9,798 nucleotides of DNA. It comes from Octopus sinensis. Taxonomy: Eukaryota. The stretch is from contig NW_021827691.1 of assembly GCF_006345805.1 (NCBI RefSeq), positions 1 through 9,798 of the forward strand, read 5' to 3'. The notes under the pieces were generated by a model. The model was not told the origin of the DNA and searched no databases. It saw only the letters and a list, made by a program, of their open reading frames with translations. Both the position numbers and the translations under genes were made by a program. This document shows positions 1 to 7,692 of the stretch, piece after piece (within the stretch, counting starts at the first letter, position 1; each line of letters starts with the position of its first letter).

Positions 1-5
1 ATGTA

Positions 6-200
6 GTTGTTTGTTGTGTTGTTGCTCTTCTTCTTCTTGGTGGTGGTGGTGTTTAGCCCTTAACTTGTATGACATAATACCATATGAGACTACATCAGTC
101 AGCCAGTGCTGAAACGTATGGTATTACAAGTATTATACTAACATTCCTTACATTCATTTTGAAGAAATTAAGAAACTCTCAAATTCAAGAGAGAAAATCT
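6..200 (-). mobile_element. Probable degenerate copy of the (CAA)n-tailed repeat family arrayed at 6066-6969
   Basis: Reverse complement of 6-60 reads AGGGCTAAACACCACCACCACCAAGAAGAAG...CAACAAC, matching the 3' end at 6485-6522 (GGGTCTAAACACCACCACC...CAACAAC). Similarity beyond ~100 is weak, so the right boundary is approximate. Confidence 0.45.
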
Positions 201-204
201 TAAT

Positions 205-305
205 CCATTCTTTTAACATTCATTTTACCCAGAATGCACTGGGTGCTTTTTACATGGTGCCAGCGTTGGTAAGGTCACCAAGTAACTCACAAGACAAGGG
301 CCCTC
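205..305. repeat. Possible fragment of an interspersed SINE-like repeat
   Basis: CTGGGTGCTTTTTACATGGTGCCAGC...GGTCACCAAGTAACTCACAAGAC resembles a common octopus repeat motif from memory. No second copy in the window. Confidence 0.35.
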
Positions 306-399
306 CTCTGATTTAGGGTGGAGTTTGCAAATAGATAAACATAACCAACTACTTTTAAGGTGAGGGATGCTACACAAGATTCTTGGGTACAAGAACTCT

Positions 400-510
400 T
401 TAGCCCTTTTAATATCAATCCATCTGAAGCCCCCCCCCCCATTCCCCAGTTTTATGTAAGTTTTGTTCGAAATCTTTTTAAATGAACACTAATCGTCATA
501 TTTTATGTAA
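400..510 (+). mobile_element. Possible end fragment of a piggyBac-like non-autonomous element (MITE)
   Basis: Starts TTAGCCCTTTTAATATCAATCC, like a decayed TTAA-CCCTTT terminus. Loosely similar to the reverse complement of 1100-1150. Confidence 0.35.
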
Positions 511-689
511 GAATTTTTTGTTGTTAAAAGTAAATTCACATGTGGTTACTTTAGTGGTTAAAGCCATTACAAGGGAGATAATCACTTCTTCTTAATATTT
601 GGTGGGATTAGAAATTTGAATTATAAAAAAAAAGACACATACAATTCACATATCTAATTCTTCTTTTCTTTACTTATGAAATTTTACAG

Positions 690-710
690 TTTCTCATTGG
701 AGGTCATCAG
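690..710 (+). other. Candidate 21-nt microexon
   Basis: CTAAT (654-658), pyrimidine tract, TTTTACAG acceptor (AG 688-689), 21 nt open in all three frames, then CAG|GTACCA (weak donor). Confidence 0.25.
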
Positions 711-934
711 GTACCATTTCCTTCCTTTTACAAATTGTCACATTTTATGAAGCAAGACACTTCATTAAAGAGAGAAATAATTAATGCCTGGAGGAATCTT
801 TGATTCCCCTTTTCTTTGTGGGACATTAACGGTTATTGAGTAGGAAATCATTTTACTTGATTATTTTCAATACAACGAGTAAAAGAAAAAGATTGTCAAA
901 GATAAAAGAAGTCAAATCTTTTGTCCATTTCAAA

Positions 935-1152
935 GTTTAGTTGTCATTGTTCTGTTGAAATAAACTGACCTTGTTTCAGTTAATTTCGAAAATAGTGAAA
1001 TATTTATCAAAATAACTTTGTTATTATCAAGCTGGTGTTTGGAACAAAAATAAACATGAAATTTTGAAGGCAAATTTCAAATTAGATTCCTTTGAAAACC
1101 GAAAGCTGGTGTTACAGAACCAAAGGCAATTCCTGGCAGGTTGGCATCAGAC
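935..1152. mobile_element. Decayed ~220 bp MITE-like repeat (piggyBac-like non-autonomous family)
   Basis: TTCTGTTGAAATA...AAAATAACTTTGTTATTATCAAGCTGGTGTTTGGAACA...AACATGAAATTTTGA...GGCAGGTTGGCATCA resembles an abundant octopus TTAA-flanked repeat I recall. Terminal repeats are eroded here. Confidence 0.5.
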
Positions 1153-1245
1153 TTGATGCTACATCTTGGTTCTGCAAAGTCTGCTTACCATAATCTTATT
1201 CCACAGTTGCATTACATTCTTTTACCATGACATTGGCTGTTATTG

Positions 1246-1247
<2 letters not shown>

Positions 1248-1284
<37 letters not shown>

Positions 1285-1360
1285 TGTGTGTGTGTGTGTG
1301 TGCACGTGCACGCGTGTGCAGGCATACACATACACATGCATACATAGACACACACATATA
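1248..1360. repeat. (TG)n microsatellite followed by degenerate (CA/TA)n
   Basis: TG run 1248-1302 with one interruption at 1283, 12-bp palindrome GTGCACGTGCAC 1300-1311, then CA-rich tract. Confidence 0.95.
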
Positions 1361-1392
1361 TGAATCCTAAAAATCATGGTGAATCCTAAAAA
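1361..1392. repeat. Short tandem duplication (13-bp match, 19-bp period)
   Basis: TGAATCCTAAAAA at 1361-1373 and 1380-1392. Confidence 0.85.
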
Positions 1393-1491
1393 ATGTAGGG
1401 TGAAAAAGAGTTGGGAAGGAATCCCTCTAAATATTGCAGTGTTTGAAGACAGGATTGAACAAAGGTAACAAAATACATTTGTAAAACATAC

Positions 1492-1619
1492 AGAAGCTTG
1501 CTTTGTCAACCACATGGCTGTGGGTTCAATCCAGCTGCATGGCATCTTGCATAAGTGCCCTGGGGTGACCAATGCTTTGTGAGTGAATTCAGGAGATTGA
1601 AACTATGTGGAAACCAGTT

Positions 1620-1695
<76 letters not shown>

Positions 1696-1918
1696 CTTTG
1701 TGCTTGTGTTTGTCACCACCACTGCTTGACAACCAGTGTTGCTTTGTTTATATTCCTGTAACTTTAGCTGAAGTAAGCACTTCAGCAAAAGATACTGATG
1801 GAATATGTAGCAGGCATAGAAATAAGAATTAGGGTCAATTTGCTTGACTAAACCCTTCGAGGTGTATGCTCCAGCATGGCCACTGTCCAATGACTGAAAC
1901 AAGCAAAAGATAAAAAAA
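1492..1918 (+). mobile_element. tRNA-derived SINE, 5'-truncated, with internal (TG)n
   Basis: Pol III B-box GGTTCAATCC at 1523-1532; 5' half aligns by eye with 2625-2775; internal TG tract; 3' end GCTCCAGCATGGCCAC...AATGACTGAAACAAGCAAAAGATAAAAAAA with A-rich tail. Confidence 0.8.
1623..1694. repeat. Perfect (TG)36 microsatellite inside the SINE
   Basis: Directly visible. Confidence 0.97.
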
Positions 1919-1924
1919 CTGTTG

Positions 1925-2031
1925 CATACACACACACACACGTACACACACATACACACACACGTACACACACATACACACACATACACTCACGCATGTA
2001 CACACATGCATACACACACAGACACACACAC
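1925..2031. repeat. Imperfect (CA)n microsatellite
   Basis: CA runs interrupted by CGTA/CATA/CATG variants. Confidence 0.95.
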
Positions 2032-2084
2032 GCCTGCGGGCACATTTGAAATACTCAGAAGTGAATAAACAGATTGAAGATGCT

Positions 2085-2250
2085 GAAAGTGAGAGAGCGA
2101 GAGAGAGAGAGAGAGAAAGTGAGAGAGCGAGAGAGAGAGAGAGAGAGAGAAAGTGAGAGAGCGAGAGAGAGAGAGAGAGAAAGAGAAGAGAGAGAGGAGA
2201 GAGAGAGAGAGAGAGAAAGTGAGAGAGAGGGAGAGAGAGAGAGAGAGAGA
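2085..2250. repeat. (GA)n microsatellite with 30-34 bp higher-order unit
   Basis: GAAAGTGAGAGAGCGA(GA)n begins at 2085, 2115 and 2149; GAAAGTGAGAGAG again at 2215. Confidence 0.95.
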
Positions 2251-2373
2251 TGGATCTACAAGCATAGAAGCAGAGAGGTTCGTTAAGCAAACCCACAAAA
2301 CAGACAGGTTTTTTTTTGCTATAAAAGACAACAATAAAAGCAAACATTTTGGTGATTAAAAAGAGATATCAAT

Positions 2374-2605
2374 GGAGAGGATAGAGTGAGGAGAAGTGAG
2401 AGAGGGAGGGGAGGGAGAGGAGGAGAGAGAAAGAGAGAGGAGGAGAGAGAAAGAGAGAGGGGGGGAGAGAGTAGAATTTAAATTAAATTACAATAAGAGA
2501 TTTAGAGGTAATCTGAGGATGGATATGAGAGGGGGAGGGGGAGAAGAAAATGAAGGAAAACATTGAAATGTGAGAAAGGGTGGGGGAGGGGAGTGAGGCG
2601 GTGGA
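2374..2605. repeat. Purine-rich low-complexity tract
   Basis: GA/GGA/GGG runs, including a 20-bp duplication AGGAGAGAGAAAGAGAGAGG at 2421-2460. Confidence 0.8.
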
Positions 2606-2624
2606 AAAAATCGTTAAAAGTTTC

Positions 2625-3025
2625 TGGTTTCTAAATTTGCTTCTGGAGCCTGTGGTCTCAGGTTCAGTTTCAAAGTGAGGCACTTAGAGTAAGTGTTATA
2701 TTTTTTTTTTGCTATGGCTCCAGGTCAGGTAAAGTCATGTGAATGGATTTGATTGATAGAAACTGAATGAAGCCTCTCATATATTTATTACGTGTGTGTG
2801 TGTTTGTGCCATTGTCTTCACATCAACTGGTGATTGTAAACGAGTGCCACTGTCCTACAAGCAGTGCTGTTTACTTCCAGTCTTCATGAAAAACTTGTCA
2901 ACATGTCTAGCCATGAGGGAATATCATCTTGCATGGAAACAGATGAGGGTTAGCAACAGGAAGGGCATCCTGCTTTAGAAAATCTGCCTCAGCAACTTCT
3001 ACCCGACCCAGAATGGCCATGAAGT
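2625..3025 (+). mobile_element. Degenerate tRNA-derived SINE with the same head as 1492-1918 but a different 3' half
   Basis: TTTGCTTC...GGTTCAGT...GGCACTT...AAGTG...TGTGAATGGATTTG...GAAACTGAATGAAGCC, short TG run, then GGGTTAGCAACAGGAAGGGCATCC...TAGAAAATCTGCCTCA. Confidence 0.7.
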
Positions 3026-3322
3026 CTTTGGTTTCTTAAAAAAATTACAAAGAGTTTCATGGGCTTTCAAGTTTCAAAGAATTTCCCAATTTCGTTAATA
3101 ACGAGGAAAACTACAACATTCTTAAACATGTCTCAACATCTCAACTGTGATTTATTTACATTTAGGGGACTAGTTAGGGTCCACATCAAGAAAAAATAAT
3201 TTTGATAAATTTCAAAAGGTTAGATTTTGATCTGGAATCATCAACCATGGTTGGTGATTTGTAACAATTTACTGAAGAGTTTAAAAAAAGAAAAAAAACT
3301 ATTCTGTAAATGGTCACATGAT

Positions 3323-3506
3323 GGCAAAAGGGCCGATACAACTTGGCGCCAGTGATGTCGCAACTCATTTCTACAGCTGAGTGAACTGGAGCAATGCAAA
3401 ATAAAGTGTCTCGCTCAAGACCACAGCATGCAGCCTGGTCCAGGAATCGAACTCACAACTTCCCGATTGTAAGCTTGACACTCTAACCACTGAGCCATAC
3501 ACCTTC
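3323..3506 (-). mobile_element. tRNA-derived SINE with CORE-like central domain (5' part)
   Basis: Minus strand: A-box TGGCTCAGTGG (3497-3487), B-box GTTCGATTCC (3452-3443), then TGTGGTCTTGAGCGAGACACTTT...CAGCTGTAGAAATGAG, similar to the MIR/CORE motif GTGACCTTGGGCAAGTCACTT...CTGTAAAATG. Confidence 0.8.
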
Positions 3507-3555
3507 ATAACATTAATAACAACAGTAATAATAATAATAAGGATAATAATAATAA

Positions 3556-3737
3556 TTCTGGTTGAAGGCCAGCATTTTTGATGGAAGAGGGTTCCATCAA
3601 CCTCAGCCCTTCCCTGATTCTTATGAGGATCAAAAGCCAAAAGCATGAAAGGTAAAGTCAACCTCAGCTAAATTTGAACTCACAACATGACAGACAAAAT
3701 GCCATTCAATATTTGGTCTGCAAACGGTTCAGCCTTC
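3556..3737 (-). mobile_element. Array SINE copy 1 (most decayed)
   Basis: Plus-strand anchors AAGGCCAGCA, ATGAAAGGTAAAGTCAACCTC and AATTTGAACTCA shared with copies 2-6; AAT repeats on both sides. Confidence 0.75.
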
Positions 3738-3787
3738 ATCATAACAATAATAATAATAACAATAATAATAATAATAATAACGATAAT

Positions 3788-3982
3788 GTTGGCAAACAAA
3801 TTTTGGCACAAGGCCAGCAATTTCAGAGCATGGGAAAATCAATTAACTGGGACTTGTTCTATCAACCCTGAAAGGATGTAAAGCTAAGTCGACCTTGGCA
3901 GAATTTGAACTCAGAACGTAGCAATGGACAAAATGCTGCTAAGTATCTTGCCTTGCATGCTAATGATTCTTGCCAGCTCACT
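3788..3982 (-). mobile_element. Array SINE copy 2
   Basis: GGCACAAGGCC...AACTGG...CCCTGAAAGGATG...AAGTCGACCTTGGCAGAATTTGAACTCAGAACGTA...GCTAATGATTCTTGCCAGCTC. Confidence 0.85.
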
Positions 3983-3999
3983 ATTGGTCAATAATAATA

Positions 4000-4030
<31 letters not shown>

Positions 4031-4031
4031 C

Positions 4032-4227
4032 AATCCTTTCTATCAAAGGCACAAGGCCTCAAATTTGGTGGGAGGGGATTAGTCGATTATATTGAATGAC
4101 CCCCAGTGTTTCACTGGTATTTAATTTATCAAGCCTGAAAGGATGAAAGGCAAAGTCGTCCTCGGTGGAATTTGAAACGTAACAACAGGCAAAATACCGC
4201 TAGGCATTTCATCCAGCTTGCTGCCTT
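4032..4227 (-). mobile_element. Array SINE copy 3
   Basis: AATCCTTTCTA...GGCACAAGGCC...CCTGAAAGGATGAAAGGCAAAGTCG...GGAATTTGAA...GCATTTC...GCTGCC. Confidence 0.85.
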
Positions 4228-4270
4228 CAATAATAATAATAACAATAGGAGAAGAAGAAGAAGAAGAAGA

Positions 4271-4915
4271 TTTGGAATGAGACAGTGGCACACATTGTGA
4301 CAGAATGCCCCAAGCTGGCACAGAAAAGATATAAGAAATGGGGACATGGGCAGATTGTAAGAGTTTTGCACCGGAAACTGTGCCAGAAATGGGAATTTGA
4401 AGATGGAAACACATGGTACAATCATCGAGTCGAAAGAGTCCTGGAGTCGGAGTATTGTAAAATTTTGAGAGACTTTCCGATTCAAATGGACAAGAAATTA
4501 GAAAATATTAGACCAGACTTAACAATTATGAATAAGGCAACGCAAAGTTGCTTACTTATTGACCCCTCATGCCTGTTTCATTCCTCGATCATAAAGAAAG
4601 AGGAAGAAAAACAAAAAATACAATCCTTTAAAATTTGAAATAGGAAGAATTTGGAGCATGTGAACAGTAAAGTTTGTGCCTAAAATAATTGGTTTGTTGG
4701 GAAGAGTAAGCAAAGATAGAGACAAATGGCTGAAGGAGATTAGAATAGAATTCCCGGTAGAGCCTCTACAGAGAGTTTGTCTCTTAAGGACAGCAAGGAT
4801 TATCAGGAAGGTCCTAAGCATTTGAAAGATTGCTGAAAACTTGTGGATACCCAAGGTTACAGGTAATAATCCGCTACCCATTTAAATCCTTCCAAGAATA
4901 AGACCAAACCAAAAC
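4271..4915 (+). mobile_element. 5'-truncated R4/Dong-type (RLE) non-LTR retrotransposon: zinc-knuckle remnant, restriction-like endonuclease, 3' UTR
   Basis: Translation from 4279: ETVAHIVTECPKLAQKRYKKWGHGQ (H..C half of the CCHC knuckle, decayed RHD)...WYNH.VERVLE...KILRDFPIQMD...RPDLTI...LLIDPSC...KEEEK. After a frameshift: KYNPLKFEIGRIW...IIGLLG...LQRVCLLRTARIIRKVLSI*. This is the typical R4/Dong/Rex6 C-terminus. AAT/GAA repeats on the left, AATAAT on the right. Confidence 0.88.
4273..4825 (+). pseudogene. Disrupted ORF C-terminus of the RLE retrotransposon
   Basis: Frameshift in the A-rich run ~4609-4618, premature TGA 4661-4663, natural stop TGA 4823-4825. Confidence 0.85.
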
Positions 4916-4918
4916 AAT

Positions 4919-5133
4919 AATCCTTTCTACTCTAGGCACAAGGCCTGAAATTGTGAGGGAGGGGGCTAGTCGATTACATCGACCCCGGTACGTAACTGGT
5001 ACCTATTTCATCAACCCTAAAAGAATGAAAGGCAGAGCCAACCCTGGCAGAATTTGAACTCAGGATGTGAAGACAAATGAAATGCTTCTAGGCATTTCAC
5101 CTGGTCTGTTAACAGTTCTGCCAAATCGCTGCC
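4919..5133 (-). mobile_element. Array SINE copy 4 (near full length)
   Basis: Minus strand starts GGCAGCGATTTGGCAGAACTGTTAAC (A-box-like), B-box-like GAGTTCAAATTC, central GCCTTTCATTCTTTTAGGGTTGATGAAATAGGTACCAG, ends GTAGAAAGGATTATT. Confidence 0.88.
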
Positions 5134-5156
5134 ATAACAGTAGTAATAATAATAAC

Positions 5157-5349
5157 AATCACTTCTACTATAGGCACAAGGCCTGAAATTTTAGAAGTTA
5201 CTGGTTGATTACATCAACCCCAGTATGTAACTGGTACTTAATTTATTGACCCCCAAAAGGATGACAGACAAAGTTGACCTCAGCAGAATTTGAACTCAGA
5301 ACCTGAAGCATTTCACCCAACATGCGAATGATTCTGCCTGCTCACTGCC
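5157..5349 (-). mobile_element. Array SINE copy 5, flanked by 22-bp direct repeats
   Basis: Same anchors with a short internal deletion in the head; ATAACAGTAGTAATAATAATAA at 5134-5155 and 5350-5371. Confidence 0.88.
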
Positions 5350-5394
5350 ATAACAGTAGTAATAATAATAATAATAATAATGATAATAATTTTT

Positions 5395-5593
5395 TTTCCT
5401 ACTCTAGGCACAAGGCCCAAAATTGTGAGGGAGGGGGCTAGTCAATTAGATCAATCCCAGAACATAACTGGTACTTAATTTATTGACCCTGAAAGGATGA
5501 GAAGCAAAGTCAACCTCGGTGGAATTTGAACTCAGAACATAGCAACAGGCGAAATACCACTAAGCATTTCACCCTGCGTGCTAATGATTCTGC
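5395..5593 (-). mobile_element. Array SINE copy 6
   Basis: B-box GTTCAAATTCC (5531-5521), A-box remnant GCAGAATCATTAG (5593-5581), central TCATCCTTTCAGGGTCAATAAATTAAGTACCAG resembling the MetaSINE central domain as I recall it. Confidence 0.88.
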
Positions 5594-5594
5594 T

Positions 5595-5703
5595 ATAATA
5601 ATAATAATAATAATGATAATAAAATAATAATGATAATGATAATGATGATGATGATGATGATGATGATAGCAATAATGATAGCAATAATAATAATAACAAC
5701 AAT
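5595..5703. repeat. Compound (AAT)n/(GAT)n microsatellite
   Basis: Directly visible; same type as spacers at 3507-3555, 3741-3787, 3990-4030, 4229-4246 and 5350-5390. Confidence 0.95.
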
Positions 5704-6065
5704 TTCCACAAACATGATACATCCCTGTAAAGAATTCAAAGTTTGAACCCCAAGGTTTATGTCTCCCAAACTAAAAATGGTTTAATCTTGGACCCCACCC
5801 CACCACCACCACCACCAAAAAAAATGTTAAATTCTCTGGAAGAATTGGTTACTTTTCTTGTATTTCTATTTTTGTAAAGCTTCAAAAACCTTTATTACTG
5901 TAAAACAAAATAAAACTATAAAAAAGCAAAATGGAACAAAAAAAAGGCGAGATTTTTGTAAAAGAAAAGAGATTTCTTTTGGGAGTAAAATTTCAAAAAT
6001 TGGTAGAAATCCAATTGGTTGAAAGGCACCAACGGCAAATGGGGGTGGCATGAGTGGAATCAGTG

Positions 6066-6969
6066 GGGAAGGCTCTATGTTGTTACTTAACCTGCTAGAA
6101 ATAGCAGTCAGCTACCTACCATATTATACTGTTGTCCAGATTGCACCGTTCGAAAAGAAATGAAGATATGGTCATGGATGGAGTCTCCTTTGATTATAGG
6201 TATACTCAGCCAAGAGCTGGCTTTGAACTCAACAACAACAGCAGCAACTATAGCAGTAAATAAGGTTTGGTAATGTTTTTCAAACCAACACTGAATCTCC
6301 TCAGTGGCCCCTCAAACAGCATGAAATAGCACCCACATCTCCCTCAAAATCTACCCCTATTGTCTTAAAAAAAGAACAACATAATTTGTAATGTAGCCCT
6401 CTATATGCTGACTGGAAAAATTCGAGGGTGTGGTCATAACCGGAACATCTTTGATCACAAGTCTGTTTCACTAGGGTTCCACCTGGGTCTAAACACCACC
6501 ACCACCACCAACAACAACAACAGTAACACTGGATCTAGTACCACCCCCACTACAAGTAAATGAAGGGACCTCTGTAGGGTTGCTTGACTTGCTAGAAAGA
6601 CCACAGATATTCCCCTCAAATGACATCCTTCTGCATTTATAAATGAAGAACACTGTTTATTCCCTATCTGGTTAAATAAGATGGGTGGTCATATTAGGAA
6701 TGTCATATAAAGGCTTGATTATCGCAGACCGAAGGCTAAGCAACAAAAACAACAACTGTATGCTTTTATCTCCTTTATTATAATGGCAAGATAAGAAGGG
6801 TGCCTCTTGTAATGCTAGAAATAGTAGCCAAATCTCTCATATTACACCTTAGTGTCTTAAAAAAGGAAGGACACATTGGATATATAATCTTTGAGTTCCA
6901 ATGTAAGATGGAATGGTCTGAGTTGGAATGTCTGCCATAGAGCTAAGCAATGGCAACAACACCAACAAC
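6066..6969 (+). mobile_element. Four head-to-tail degenerate copies of a ~170-230 bp retroposon-like repeat with (CAA)n tails (6066-6248, 6292-6522, 6565-6756, 6798-6969)
   Basis: Collinear anchors: TGCTAGAAA (6093, 6590, 6813), TGTCTTAAAAAA (6361, 6853), TGGTCAT (6169, 6431, 6686), CTTTGAT (6188, 6449); three copies end CTAA(A/G)CA and all four end in CAA repeats. Confidence 0.75.
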
Positions 6970-7185
6970 ATTAGAAGGATTATTGACCATGGGTGAAAAG
7001 GAGAGGGTTGGAGTTTTGGAAAGAAGTTTTGAAACTGCACAAGAATAAAGTGGTCTGCTGGTCAATGCCAGAAGGGAAAACTGGGCTGAGCTTGCCATTA
7101 TTAAAATGAAAAAATATGTTTTCAAAATAAAAGTCTTTCTTTACATTTCGTCATATAATTAAAACAAAACTTCAGTTTCATCTCA

Positions 7186-7188
<3 letters not shown>

Positions 7189-7231
<43 letters not shown>

Positions 7232-7303
7232 GCTTTCCTTCATTCTATTACTTTCTTGCCTCCCTCTATCTATCTATCTATCTATTGCTCTCTCTCTCTC
7301 TCT
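7189..7303. repeat. (CT)20, (TCTA)5 and short (CT)n microsatellites
   Basis: CT run 7189-7229, TCTA x5 7265-7284, CT run 7288-7303. Confidence 0.95.
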
Positions 7304-7383
7304 TTCACATTCTTTATAAAACATACGCATATACAAACGACCACTAAATTCGTGATTTATTTAGCCAGGATCCCTAAATAGAA

Positions 7384-7493
7384 TACATGTGCACATCTAT
7401 GCATGTGTGTGACACACACACACCAGATAGTTAACTCAAAAGATACATACATACATATACAAGCATATATATATGTGTGTGTGTGTATGCATT

Positions 7494-7524
<31 letters not shown>

Positions 7525-7561
7525 GCATTTATATATACACACACATACACACACACACACC
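7384..7561. repeat. Mixed TG/CA/TA alternating purine-pyrimidine microsatellite
   Basis: Directly visible; TG blocks directly followed by CA blocks. Confidence 0.9.
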
Positions 7562-7657
7562 AAGCTAAGAAGACATGTGGAAATGTAAAGATTTAATTTC
7601 AATTCTAAACCAATTCCTTTCCTAATTTTTTTTTGTTTTTATTCTTAACTCACTTAC

Positions 7658-7692
7658 CTTATGGAAACGAACTTTAAATCGTTCAGCAGAAC
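7658..7692 (-). other. Candidate 35-nt exon of an unidentified host gene
   Basis: Minus strand: CTCACTTACAATTCTTCAG|GTTCTGCTGAACGATTTAAAGTTCGTTTCCATAAG|GTAAGTGAG. Consensus donor and reasonable acceptor; open as xSAERFKVRFHK or VLLNDLKFVSI; lies in non-repetitive sequence. Confidence 0.45.

Noticed and set aside
1181-1240. Minus-strand donor ATG|GTAAGC with upstream CAG
   Set aside because: The implied exon has stops in all three frames and a poor pyrimidine tract.
1240-2359. ORFs rich in HT, VC, ER or LS repeats
   Set aside because: Translations of TG/CA/GA microsatellites, which lack stop codons; no domain content.
3430-3506. tRNA gene on the minus strand
   Set aside because: A and B boxes are present, but no convincing cloverleaf and it continues into a CORE-like body, so it is a SINE head.
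3556-5593. CRISPR-like repeat/spacer periodicity
   Set aside because: Units are ~200 bp diverged SINEs and the spacers are microsatellites; eukaryotic context, no cas genes.
4919-5593. Hammerhead ribozyme or retrozyme-type tandem repeats
   Set aside because: No CTGANGA...GAAA catalytic core with flanking stems was found by eye on either strand; Pol III boxes favour a SINE. An Infernal/Rfam scan would settle it.
3371-5722. ORFs with poly-I, poly-N, poly-H or poly-S tracts and ORFs antisense to the RLE fragment
   Set aside because: They run through SINEs and trinucleotide repeats, or are shadows of the retrotransposon frame.
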